From assembly GCA_963832165.1 (NCBI GenBank), contig CAWHTE010000008.1, forward strand, positions 70,250-134,249: a stretch of 64,000 nucleotides of DNA, written 5' to 3'. This stretch comes from an uncultured delta proteobacterium. Its GTDB lineage: Bacteria > Myxococcota_A > UBA9160 > SMWR01. Positions 30,713 to 40,048 of this stretch are shown piece by piece. A model generated the notes under the pieces. That model made no database searches and was not told the origin of the DNA. It was given only the letters and a program-made list of their open reading frames with translations. Within the stretch, counting starts at the first letter, position 1. Every line of letters starts with the position of its first letter. The position numbers and the translations under genes were made by a program.

Positions 30713-31967
30713 ATGACGCGCTGGGCCAGGCCGCCGGAGGGGAGCTGGACGCAGCACTATCCCGAGCTCGGCACGAAGCCGATCTCGTTCGCCGACTCGA
30801 CCTCTCCGGAGTTCTACGCGCTCGAACGCGAGGCGATCTTCAAACGCGCCTGGCTCAACGTGGGTCGCGTCGAGGACCTGCCCCGCAACGGCAGCTACTT
30901 CACCAAGGAGCTCGAGGTCGCGGGTACGTCGATCGTGGTCGTGCGCGGAAGCGACGGCCACGTGCGCGCGTTCCACAACATCTGCCGGCACCGCGGCAAC
31001 AAGCTCGTGTGGCGCGACTATCCGCGTCGCGAGACCAGCGGAACCTGCCGTCAATTCGCGTGCAAGTACCACGGCTGGCGGTACAACCTCGACGGCGCGC
31101 TCGCATTCGTCCAGCAGGAGAGCGAGTTCTTCGACCTCGACAAGCGCGATTATGGACTCGTGCCCGTGCACTGCGACACCTGGTCGGGCTTCATCTTCGT
31201 CAACCTCGACGCGACGCCGCGCCAGATCGCTGCGCGAGTTCCTCGGACCCATGCTCACTGCGCTCGAGGGCTACCCGTTCGACGCGATGACGGAGCGCTA
31301 CGAGTTCCGCGGCGAGAACGACAGCAACTGGAAGATCTTCGCCGATGCCTTCCAGGAGTACTATCACGTGCCCGCGTTGCACCCGCAGCAGGTGCCCCCC
31401 GCGATGCGCAGAGCGGAAACCTCCGTCGAGGCAGCCTACTACCAGCTCGACGGCCCGCACCGGATGACGACCACGGGAGGGTCGCGCCGGTGGACGATGC
31501 CCGAGTACATGTATCCCATCGAGCGCGCGACGAAGAGCGGCCTGCTCGGCCCGTGGACGATGCCGGATCCGGCCGACCTGCCGCCCGGGGTCAACCCGGC
31601 CAAGATCGAGCCGTGGGGGATCGACAACTTCCAGATCTTCCCGAACGTCGAGATCCTGATCTACGGGGACTGGTACCTCTGCTACCGCTACTGGCCCACG
31701 TCGCATAACACCCACCGCTTCGAGGCGTTCCTGTACTTCCGACCGGCCCGCAGCGTGCGCGAGCGCGTCGCGCACGAGGTGGCCGCAGTCGTATTCAAGG
31801 AATTCGCGCTGCAGGACGCTGGAATGCTCACAGGCACGCAGATGGCGCTGGAATCGGGCGTCCTCGACCGGTTCCCGCTCAACGACCAGGAGGTGCTCGT
31901 GCGGCACTTCCACGAAGTCGTCGCGGACTGGGTCGAGAACTACCGGCTCGAACGCGCGGCGGTTTGA
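30713..31967 (+). CDS. Rieske oxygenase alpha subunit (copy 2); frameshift near 31225
   Basis: CRH..CKYH in the 30713 frame; DAFQEYYHVPALH and LQD in the 31152 frame. Confidence 0.9.
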
Positions 31968-31971
31968 CGCG

Positions 31972-32307
31972 ATGGCGGACGCTCTGCTCCCGGCAGCCTT
32001 CGCCGATCTCGAACCCTTCGCGGCCACGTGGTGTCTGGCCACCGAGAGCGAGCGCTTCGCGCAGCGCATGGCCAGCTCGATGCCCGAGATGCAGGCCTTC
32101 TACGACGCGTTCTCGCCGCGGATCGAAGAGGCGATCGATTATTGCGATCGGTTTCCGCTCGACGATCTGCCCGACGACGTGCGCCGACTGCTGCAGCTCG
32201 TGTACTCGCTCGCGATGGTCGCCATGGCGATCGAGGTCTTCCAGCAGCCCAGACCCACCGACGCCGCGGACGCGATCCTCGAGCGCGTCAGGGAGCCGGT
32301 GCCCTGA
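31972..32307 (+). CDS. Small conserved helical protein following the Rieske alpha subunit (copy 2)
   Basis: 111 aa; WCLATESERF..MQAFYDA..FPLDD. Confidence 0.85.
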   Translation: MADALLPAAFADLEPFAATWCLATESERFAQRMASSMPEMQAFYDAFSPRIEEAIDYCDRFPLDDLPDDVRRLLQLVYSLAMVAMAIEVFQQPRPTDAADAILERVREPVP

Positions 32308-33751
32308 CGCGCGCCTCGCGCAGGCCGCTGCGGCGGACTTTGCCCGCGTCGTCGCGCAGCGGCTCGCTCACGCGCTCGAAGCTCTTCGGCACCTTGTAGT
32401 GCACGAGGCGCTCGGCGACGTGCGCGCGGAGCTCAGCGTCGGAGACCTCGTGCGCGAGCTCCACGAGCGCGTGCACGCGGTTGCCGAGATCGTCGTCGGG
32501 CAGGCCGATCACGCAGCTCGAGCGCACGGTCGGGTGCTCGTCGAGCGCGGCCTCCACCTCGGCCGGGTAGATGTTGCGGCCGCCACTCAGGATCATGTCG
32601 GAGCGGCGATCTCCCAGGTACAGGTAGCCGTCGCCATCGAAACGACCCATGTCGCCGACGGACTCCCAGCCGTCTGCGGTTCGCCGCGCATTCGCGCCGA
32701 CATAGCGGTAGGTCGAGCCCGGACCGCTCTGCGGCAGCATGAAGATCTCACCGATCTCGCCCGCGGGCATGTCCTCGAGCGTCTCCGGGTCGAGGATGCG
32801 CAGCTGCGCGTTGCCCATCGGCCGCCCGACCGAGCCCGGATGAGCCAGCCACTCGCGGCCCGTGATGAACGTGCCGCCGATGCGCTCGCTCGGGCCGAAT
32901 GACTCGTGCATCACGTCGGGACCGAGCCACTCGATGAACGCGCGCATCACCCAGGCCGGACACGGTGCGCTCCCGGTCATCACGAACTCGAGCGAGGAGA
33001 CGTCGCGCGACCGGCGCTCGGCGTCGGGCAGCTTCCAGATGCGCTGCATCATGGTCGGAACGAAGTGCACGCGGTCGATGCGGTGCTTTTCGATCAACGC
33101 GAGACACTCCGACGCGTCGAAGCGCCGCATCAGCACGACCACCGCGCCGCCGAACACGCCCTGCCAGGCCGCGCTGAACGGCACCGCGTGATAGAGCGGA
33201 CCGGGCACGAGCACCGCCGCGCGCGCCTTGAACAGCGCCGACGGAGCCTCCGGATCGTAGAGGCCCGGGTTCCGCGGCAGGATCAGCTTGGGCGCTCCCG
33301 TGCTTCCGCCCGAGGCGAGCGCGCGCTCGTGCGGAGGCGTTGCGTCGGGAAGCGGCGCATCGGAGAGCGCGGCGTCGGGCTCGAAGCCCGCGGGCACACT
33401 CGGGCGCCCACCCGCTTCCGCGGCATCGAGCCCCACGATCAGCGCGGGATTCGCGCGCTCGAGGATCGCGTCGCGCTCGCGCTGAGGCAGGCGCGACGAG
33501 AGCGGATTCGGCACGGCGCCGAGCTTCCAGATCGCCAGGCAGTTCTCGAGCCACTCGAATCCGTTGGGAAGCACGAGCGTCACGACCGCGCCCGCCGACA
33601 CTCCGCGCCGGGCGAATTCGCGCGCGCGACGGTTCGCGCTGTGCTCGAGCGCACCGAGGGTCAGCACGCGCTCCTCGAACACGAAGGCCGGCGCGTCAGG
33701 CGCTTCTGCGGCCAGATCGGTCACACGGCGCCCGTAGGGGACGGCCGTCAC
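32288..33751 (-). CDS. AMP-binding CoA ligase (bile acid-CoA ligase-like)
   Basis: SGGSTGAPK, PGPLYH, VGDMG, DRRSDMILSGGRNIYPAEVE. Confidence 0.9.
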   Translation of the reverse strand: MTAVPYGRRVTDLAAEAPDAPAFVFEERVLTLGALEHSANRRAREFARRGVSAGAVVTLVLPNGFEWLENCLAIWKLGAVPNPLSSRLPQRERDAILERANPALIVGLDAAEAGGRPSVPAGFEPDAALSDAPLPDATPPHERALASGGSTGAPKLILPRNPGLYDPEAPSALFKARAAVLVPGPLYHAVPFSAAWQGVFGGAVVVLMRRFDASECLALIEKHRIDRVHFVPTMMQRIWKLPDAERRSRDVSSLEFVMTGSAPCPAWVMRAFIEWLGPDVMHESFGPSERIGGTFITGREWLAHPGSVGRPMGNAQLRILDPETLEDMPAGEIGEIFMLPQSGPGSTYRYVGANARRTADGWESVGDMGRFDGDGYLYLGDRRSDMILSGGRNIYPAEVEAALDEHPTVRSSCVIGLPDDDLGNRVHALVELAHEVSDAELRAHVAERLVHYKVPKSFERVSEPLRDDAGKVRRSGLREARVRAPAP

Positions 33752-33885
33752 TCGAACTCCTCGATCGCCTCGCCCATCGCTCCTCCGCGCTGGATGCTGG
33801 GGGCGCCAGTCTATCAACGGACACGCGAGAGGAATGCGCCTCTCCAGGAGTACACTGTGCCCGGACCGAAGACGCGGAGCGACGG

Positions 33886-34671
33886 ATGAGCCAGGAGCTG
33901 TCGGGAAGGGTTGCGATCGTCACGGGCGGCGCGAGCGGAATTGGCCGCGCCACGGTCGAGCTCTTCGTGCAGGAGGACGCCCGGGTCGTCATCGCGGACG
34001 TGGATGCCGCGCGCGGCGAGGAGCTGGCTGCCGCGCTGGGCGCGGCCGCCGCCTTCCACCCGACGGACATCGCCGATGCAGAGCAGGTCCAGAAGCTCGT
34101 CGATTTCGCCGTGACGCGCTTCGGCGGACTGCACGTCATGTTCAACAACGCCGGGATCTCCGACGGCATGTACGGCTCGTTCCTGGATGACGACCTCAGG
34201 AACTTCCACCGCGTGATGTCGGTGAACCTGTTCGGCGTCATGGTCGGCAGTCAGCGCGCCGCGCGGCACATGGCGAAGAACGGCGGCGGCTCGATCATCA
34301 ACACCACGTCGACCGCCGCGATCAAAGCCGGACGCGGAGTGATGACCTATCGGGCGTCGAAGGCCGCCGTGATCCAGTTCAGCAAGTCGCTCGCGATCGA
34401 TCTCGCAGAGCACGGCATCCGCGTGAACTGCATCGCGCCGGGCCACATCCCCACGGCCATGACGACCTACGACATGTCCCGGATCATCCAGCTGAACCAG
34501 CCGCTTCAGCGCCAGGGGATGCCGATCGACGTGGCGAACGCCGCGCTGTATCTGGCCAGCGACCGGTCGGCGCAGGTCACGGGAATGGTGTTGCCCGTCG
34601 ACGGCGGCACGACGGTGGGATCGCCGGCCAATCTGATGAGCGAGCTCATGCGCGCCAAGGGGACGAAGTGA
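33886..34671 (+). CDS. SDR oxidoreductase
   Basis: TGGASGIG, FNNAG, YRASK. Confidence 0.92.
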   Translation: MSQELSGRVAIVTGGASGIGRATVELFVQEDARVVIADVDAARGEELAAALGAAAAFHPTDIADAEQVQKLVDFAVTRFGGLHVMFNNAGISDGMYGSFLDDDLRNFHRVMSVNLFGVMVGSQRAARHMAKNGGGSIINTTSTAAIKAGRGVMTYRASKAAVIQFSKSLAIDLAEHGIRVNCIAPGHIPTAMTTYDMSRIIQLNQPLQRQGMPIDVANAALYLASDRSAQVTGMVLPVDGGTTVGSPANLMSELMRAKGTK

Positions 34672-35774
34672 TGGATCCGGCCGAGCGCATCTACTCCTGC
34701 GACGATCACCTGGACATGCCCGCGGTGCCGCGCGAGCTGTGGGAAGCGCGGCTGCCGCGCGCGCTGGCCGAGCGGGGTCCGCACGTCGTCGCGCGCGATG
34801 GGGGATCGTTCTGGGTGTGCGAGGACCGCGTGCTCGCGCGCAGCGGGACCCGGCCCGGCGACGAACGCGTCAAGAAGCTCAGCGCGATCGGGCGCGCGGG
34901 CATCGAGGACGATGGCTTCCGCTCCGGCACCCCCAAGCTGCGGCTCGAAGACATGGACCGCGACCAGCTCTGGGCCTCGGTGATCTACGGCCCGCTCGCA
35001 ATCGGTCTGCCGATCGCCGATCCAGAGCTGCAGAGCGCTTGTTATGCCGCGTGGAACGACTGGGCGATCGAGGAATTCAATGCGGTCGCGCCCGATCGCC
35101 TGTGCGTGCTCGCGTTCCTGCCCGCCCATTCGCCCGAGGCGGCGGCGGCCGAGCTCGAGCGCTGCGCGCGCCTCGGCCATCGCGGCGCCATCATCGACGT
35201 GTTCGAGATCGACGCTGCCGATCCCGCCTGGGACCGACTCTGGGCCGCCGCCGCGCACACGCGCCTGCCGATCAGCTTCCATCTGAAGGGCGGCACCTGG
35301 TCCAAGCAGCTCCGCTACAAGATGGGCAAGTGGCAGTCGGCGGCATTCGCGTCGGTGCTGCCGCTACAGCTCGACGAGCCGCTCGCGATCATGATGTTCT
35401 CGGGCGCACTCGAGCGGCACCCGGGGTTCAAGCTGGTGCTGGCGGAGTCGGGGATCGGTTGGCTGCCCTACTTCATCTCGCGAATGGATCTGGAGTGGCG
35501 CAGCTTGCGCGACAAGATCGATTACGCGACGCAGTCGCCTCCGAGCGAGCTGTTTCGCCGCCAGGTGATGGTCACGTTCGAGGAGGAGGCGCTCGGCGCG
35601 CAGCTGATCCCGCTGGTCGGCGCCGACGGTTGCATGTGGGCTTCGGACTACCCGCACACCGACAGCACGTTCCCCCACTCGCTGCGTGCGATCGAGGAGT
35701 CGCTCGGGACGCTGCCCGCGGCAGACCGCCGCAAGGTCACGGCCACCAACTGCGCCGAGCTGTACGGTCTCTAG
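34668..35774 (+). CDS. Amidohydrolase family 2 protein
   Basis: SCDDH, RLEDMDRD, AWNDW, SFH, ESGIGW, WASDYPH. Confidence 0.9.
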   Translation: MMDPAERIYSCDDHLDMPAVPRELWEARLPRALAERGPHVVARDGGSFWVCEDRVLARSGTRPGDERVKKLSAIGRAGIEDDGFRSGTPKLRLEDMDRDQLWASVIYGPLAIGLPIADPELQSACYAAWNDWAIEEFNAVAPDRLCVLAFLPAHSPEAAAAELERCARLGHRGAIIDVFEIDAADPAWDRLWAAAAHTRLPISFHLKGGTWSKQLRYKMGKWQSAAFASVLPLQLDEPLAIMMFSGALERHPGFKLVLAESGIGWLPYFISRMDLEWRSLRDKIDYATQSPPSELFRRQVMVTFEEEALGAQLIPLVGADGCMWASDYPHTDSTFPHSLRAIEESLGTLPAADRRKVTATNCAELYGL

Positions 35775-35775
35775 C

Positions 35776-36453
35776 TCAACCGCGGAGACCATGGAGACAG
35801 TATTCCCACGTCTCGTCGGCCGTAACGCGCATCCGCGGGTTCTGGACCAGGCGGTTCCCGATCCAGCTGAACATCACCGTCTGCTGCATGAGCGCAGCCG
35901 TACGCCGCGTGTCGCTGACCTTGATCGCGCCCGCCTCGACCGACGCGTCGAGGAGCTGGACCAGCATGTGCGTGATCGGCCCCATCGCGGTCCGCAGGCG
36001 CTCGGGATGGTCGACCGCGAGCTGCAGCGAGAACTCGGAGATCGGGCGGCGGTTGTGTCCTCCGCGTTTGCGCGGCGTCCCGGCCGGCTCGCACCACTCG
36101 TGGAGTCGGATCGTGAAGGCGCGCAGACGCCCCATCGGATCGCTTTCGCTCTCGAGCATCTTCGAGATGTCTTCGATGCATTCGCGGGTGGTCTCTTCGA
36201 ACAGCGCGAGCAGCAGCTCGTCCTTGCCGTCGAAATACTGGTAGAACCCGCGCAGCGACTGCTTCGAGCGGTCGACGACCTCCTGGATCGTGAAATCGGT
36301 CGTGCCCTTCTCGTCGATCAGATCGAACGCAGCGTCCATGAACCGCTGGACACGCTGCTCCGCACGCGAACGGGCCGCGCTCAGGCTGCGCGAAACGGCC
36401 CGCTGACGCCAGGCAGGCTGATTTGCGTCACCGGGTGCTTCGACTTCTGCCAT
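35776..36453 (-). CDS. TetR family transcriptional regulator
   Basis: AAFDLIDEKG..FTIQEVVDRSKQSLRGFYQYFDGKDELL helix-turn-helix. Confidence 0.92.
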   Translation of the reverse strand: MAEVEAPGDANQPAWRQRAVSRSLSAARSRAEQRVQRFMDAAFDLIDEKGTTDFTIQEVVDRSKQSLRGFYQYFDGKDELLLALFEETTRECIEDISKMLESESDPMGRLRAFTIRLHEWCEPAGTPRKRGGHNRRPISEFSLQLAVDHPERLRTAMGPITHMLVQLLDASVEAGAIKVSDTRRTAALMQQTVMFSWIGNRLVQNPRMRVTADETWEYCLHGLRG

Positions 36454-36524
36454 TTTAGAACCCGCTTTCATTGGAAGAAGAGTACCAGCATGCTGACGCT
36501 GGAAAAGGCCTTACCAAATCCTCG

Positions 36525-37280
36525 TCAGCTCGTTCTCCGCGACTTCTTGAACGTGTCGACCGCGGCCCAATGCGCCTCGGCGGCCCAGAGCTCGGCAAAC
36601 GCGGCCGTGGCGCCCTCCTCGAGCTCGGGGTGGAAGGAAGGGGCCGCAGCGCTGACCACGGACTTCACGGCCCGGGTGGTCCCGGGCGCCGTGGCCGCCA
36701 TCCGCTGCGCCAGCCTCCGCCACTCCTCGTCGAAAGCCGCGCGCGGCACCACGACGTCGACGAGGCCCAGCCGCTGCGCGGTCGGGGCGTCGTAGAGGTC
36801 GCCAGTCGCGATCGCCAGCAGCGCGCGGCTGCGCCCGATCGCCTGCGCCAGGCGCTCCGCGCCGCCCCATGCGGGCATGATGCCCAGGGTCACCTGGTTG
36901 AAGCCGATCTTGATGTCGTCGGCCGCGATACGGATGTCGGCGGCGATTGCGACCTCGGCTCCGCCCCCGAGCGCGTGTCCGTTCAACGCCGCGAGGACCG
37001 GGACCGGGAAGGCGGCGATGCGGTCGAGGACGTGCCGGACGCGGCTCGCCATGCGGACCGCCTCCTCGTAGGTGCGAACGGCATCGAGCTCCTTGAGGTC
37101 TCCACCCGACACGAACACGCGATCCCCCGCACCCCGCAGCACGAGCACCGCTGCGCCCGAAGCCAGGACGTGGTCGAGCGCCGCGCCGAGCTCGTCGATC
37201 GTCGCGAAGCCGATCGCATTGCGGACCTCGGGCCGGTCGATCGTGACCACGGCGACGCCAGCCTCGATCTCCACGCGCAC
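36525..37280 (-). CDS. Enoyl-CoA hydratase/isomerase
   Basis: DRPEVRNAI, FVSGGDL, NGHALGGGAE, GIMPAWGG; GTG at 37280 preferred because the longer ORF runs through the operator region. Confidence 0.88.
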   Translation of the reverse strand: MRVEIEAGVAVVTIDRPEVRNAIGFATIDELGAALDHVLASGAAVLVLRGAGDRVFVSGGDLKELDAVRTYEEAVRMASRVRHVLDRIAAFPVPVLAALNGHALGGGAEVAIAADIRIAADDIKIGFNQVTLGIMPAWGGAERLAQAIGRSRALLAIATGDLYDAPTAQRLGLVDVVVPRAAFDEEWRRLAQRMAATAPGTTRAVKSVVSAAAPSFHPELEEGATAAFAELWAAEAHWAAVDTFKKSRRTS

Positions 37281-37301
37281 CTCGCCCGCGGCGAAACGGC
37301 T

Positions 37302-37382
37302 GATAATAGTGTTCTCGCTTGATATCAATATGGCACCGTAATTATGTAAAGCATACTAGATGTTTTTGGAAAGATCATTGCC
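37302..37382. promoter_or_regulatory. AT-rich divergent promoter with operator-like sites phased at multiples of 22 bp
   Basis: GATAATagtGTTCTC at 37302, GTAAAGcatACTAGA at 37346, GGAAAGatcATTGCC at 37368. Confidence 0.45.
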
Positions 37383-37415
37383 ATTCCGGCGCCCGGGTTA
37401 TAGAGTCCTCCGAGC

Positions 37416-39002
37416 ATGGACCGACGCGTGCACAGCGAGGCCGGCATCCCGCTCGCCGCGAGCTACGGACCAGACGATCTCCCCGGCCCCGAGTCGATCC
37501 CGCCGCCGGGAGAATTCCCGTTCACGCGCGGAAACTTCGCCGAGGGCTACCGCGGCCGGCTCTGGACGATCCGCCAGTACTCGGGCTTCGGCACCGCGGA
37601 AGAATCGAACCAGCGCTACCGCTACCTGCTTGCGCAGGGCGGTACCGGTCTCTCCGTCGCGCTCGACCTCCCCACTCAGTGCGGGTACGACTCCGATCAC
37701 CCGGACGTCGAGGAGGAGGTGGGCCGGGTCGGCGTCGCGCTCGACACGCTCGCCGACGCCGAGATCCTGTTCGATCAGATTCCGCTCGATGCGATCAGCA
37801 CGAGCTTCACGATCAACGGCACGGCCGCGATCCTGCTCGCGTTCTACGTGGCGGTCGCGGAGAAGCGCGGAGTCGATCGCGCGGTGCTGCGCGGCACGAT
37901 CCAGAACGACATCCTCAAGGAGTACGTGAGCCGCGGCACGTGGATCTGGCCACCCCGCCCTTCGCTGCGCCTGATCGCCGACACGATCGAGTTCTGCGCG
38001 GCAGAGGTGCCGCGCTTCAACGCGATCTCCGTCGCGGGAGCGCATTTTCGCGACGCCGGTGCCAACGCCGCGCAGGAGATGGCGTTCACGCTCATGGACG
38101 GCATCACCTACTGCGACGAGGTGATCGCGCGCGGCCGAATGACGATCGACCAGTTCGCGCCGCAGGTGTCGTTCTTCTTCTACACCCACGGCGACTTCTT
38201 CGAGGAGGTCGCCAAGTACCGGGCCGGACGGCGGCGATGGGCCCGCATCGTGCGAGAGCGCTACGGCGCGAAGGACGACCGCTCGTGCATGTTCCGCGTC
38301 GGCTGCGTCGCGGGCGGGGCGTCGCTGTACGCGCCGCAGGCCCGCAACAACGCCGTGCGCATCGCCTACGAGGCGCTCGCCTCGGTACTCGGCGGAGTGC
38401 AGTCGATGTTCACTGCAGCGTGGGACGAGCCGTTCGCACTGCCCAGCGAAGAATCGGCCACGCTCGCGCTGCGCACGCAGCAGATTCTCGCCCACGAGAC
38501 CGGCGTCGCGCGCGTCGCCGACCCGCTCGGCGGTTCGTACTACGTCGAGGCGCTGACCGACCAGGTCGAGGCGCGCGTCATCGAGATCATGGACGACCTC
38601 GAGCGCCGCGGCGGCATGGTGCACTCGATCGAGGACGGCTATCTGCAGCGCCTGATCTCGGACGAGTCGTTCCGCGCCCAGAAGGCGCTCTCGTCGGGCG
38701 AGCGGACGGTCGTCGGTGTGAACCGGTTCCAGACCGAAGAAGAGCCGCCCGAGGTCGCCGGCTACGAGCTGGACGAGAAGGGCCGAGCTGTTCAGCTCGA
38801 GCGACTCGCCGGAGTAAAGCGGGCGCGCTCGGCCGGCGATGTGCGTGCCGCGCTGGGCGCGCTGGGCCGGGCGGCGGCGCAAGCGGACGCCAACCTGATG
38901 CCGCACCTGATCGACTGCGCGAAGGCCTACTGCACGGTCGGCGAGATGGTGGACGTGCTGAAGGACCAGTGGGGCGAGTTCCAGCAGCCGGCGGTCTTCT
39001 GA
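37416..39002 (+). CDS. AdoCbl-dependent acyl-CoA mutase, large (substrate-binding) subunit; MCM family with atypical pocket
   Basis: PGEFPFTRG, WTIRQYSGF, GLSVALDLPTQ.GYDSD, GTIQNDILKEY..RG, ALRTQQILAHE, DPLGGSY. Confidence 0.95.
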   Translation: MDRRVHSEAGIPLAASYGPDDLPGPESIPPPGEFPFTRGNFAEGYRGRLWTIRQYSGFGTAEESNQRYRYLLAQGGTGLSVALDLPTQCGYDSDHPDVEEEVGRVGVALDTLADAEILFDQIPLDAISTSFTINGTAAILLAFYVAVAEKRGVDRAVLRGTIQNDILKEYVSRGTWIWPPRPSLRLIADTIEFCAAEVPRFNAISVAGAHFRDAGANAAQEMAFTLMDGITYCDEVIARGRMTIDQFAPQVSFFFYTHGDFFEEVAKYRAGRRRWARIVRERYGAKDDRSCMFRVGCVAGGASLYAPQARNNAVRIAYEALASVLGGVQSMFTAAWDEPFALPSEESATLALRTQQILAHETGVARVADPLGGSYYVEALTDQVEARVIEIMDDLERRGGMVHSIEDGYLQRLISDESFRAQKALSSGERTVVGVNRFQTEEEPPEVAGYELDEKGRAVQLERLAGVKRARSAGDVRAALGALGRAAAQADANLMPHLIDCAKAYCTVGEMVDVLKDQWGEFQQPAVF

Positions 39003-39392
39003 ATGCCGGTGCGCGTACTCGTCGCCAAGCCCGGACTCGACGGTCACGACCGCGGCGCAAAGCTCGTCGCGCGCGCGCTGCGAGATGCCGGGTTCGAGGT
39101 CATCTACCTCGGGATCCGTCAACGGCCCGAGGCGATCGCGGCCGTCGCAGTGCAAGAGGACGTGCAGATCGTGGGGCTCAGCATCCTCTCGGGATCCCAC
39201 GTCGCGCTCACGCGCAAGACCGCGGATGCGTTGCGCGCCGCGGGCGCCAAGGACGTCGTGCTCGTGGTGGGAGGCACGATCCCCCAGCGCGACGTCGCGC
39301 TGCTCGAGTCGGCCGGTGCCACCGCCGTGTATCCAACGGGCACTCCGCTCGAGGTGCTCGTCGAGAGCCTGCGCGAACTCGCGCCCGCCTAA
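39003..39392 (+). CDS. Cobalamin-binding small subunit of the acyl-CoA mutase
   Basis: AKPGLDGHDRG (DxHxxG), GLSILSGSH, VGGTIP. Confidence 0.95.
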   Translation: MPVRVLVAKPGLDGHDRGAKLVARALRDAGFEVIYLGIRQRPEAIAAVAVQEDVQIVGLSILSGSHVALTRKTADALRAAGAKDVVLVVGGTIPQRDVALLESAGATAVYPTGTPLEVLVESLRELAPA

Positions 39393-40030
39393 CCCCGGAG
39401 CAGCAGCCAGAGCACGGCGCCGAGCCCCGCCACGAGCCCGGCCGCGAGCGGACCCACCCGCTTGATCACGGACGAACCGGCGGTGGCGAGCAGGTCGATC
39501 GGTTCGCTCGCCTTCGAGTCGACGCGATGCAAATCGGTCGTCGGTGCGGGCACGGGCTCGTGCTGCGTCTCGACGCGCGTTCCGGCGCCCCTCTGCACTT
39601 CGGCCTCGAGCGCCTGCACGAACTGCCCGAGCAGCCTGGTGCTTACGTCGGCGAGCACGCCGCGGCCGAACTGCGCGACCTTCCCCGTGATCGCGAGATC
39701 CGTGTGCAGCGTGACGCGCGTGCCGTCGCCCTCGGGCACGAGCACCGCGGTGACCGTGGCCGAAGCATTGCCCTGGCCCCGCGTGTCCCGCCCTTCGGCG
39801 CGCACGACGGCGCGGTGGTTGTGCTCGTCGCGCTCCCGGAACGAGGCCACTCCCTTGTACTGCGCGATGATCGGGCCGACCTTCACTTTGACCGCGCCGC
39901 GATACTCCTCGCCCGCGACCTCCTGGAGCTCGAAGCCGGGCATGCACGGCGCGATGCGCTCGAGGTCGGTCAACAGCGCCCAGGCCTCGTGGACCGGCAC
40001 GCCGACCGAGAACTCGTTCGTCAGCTCCAC
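39389..40030 (-). CDS. coxG: SRPBCC/CoxG family protein with C-terminal membrane anchor
   Basis: AWALLTDLERIAPCMPG, VKVKVGPI, GKVAQFGRG, hydrophobic C-terminus. Confidence 0.88.
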   Translation of the reverse strand: MELTNEFSVGVPVHEAWALLTDLERIAPCMPGFELQEVAGEEYRGAVKVKVGPIIAQYKGVASFRERDEHNHRAVVRAEGRDTRGQGNASATVTAVLVPEGDGTRVTLHTDLAITGKVAQFGRGVLADVSTRLLGQFVQALEAEVQRGAGTRVETQHEPVPAPTTDLHRVDSKASEPIDLLATAGSSVIKRVGPLAAGLVAGLGAVLWLLLRG

Positions 40031-40048
40031 GGCGCTAGATCCTCGCCG

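Noticed and set aside
37281..37415. Cobalamin riboswitch upstream of the mutase
   Set aside because: The gap is short and AT-rich with no recognisable B12-box; it looks like a divergent promoter.
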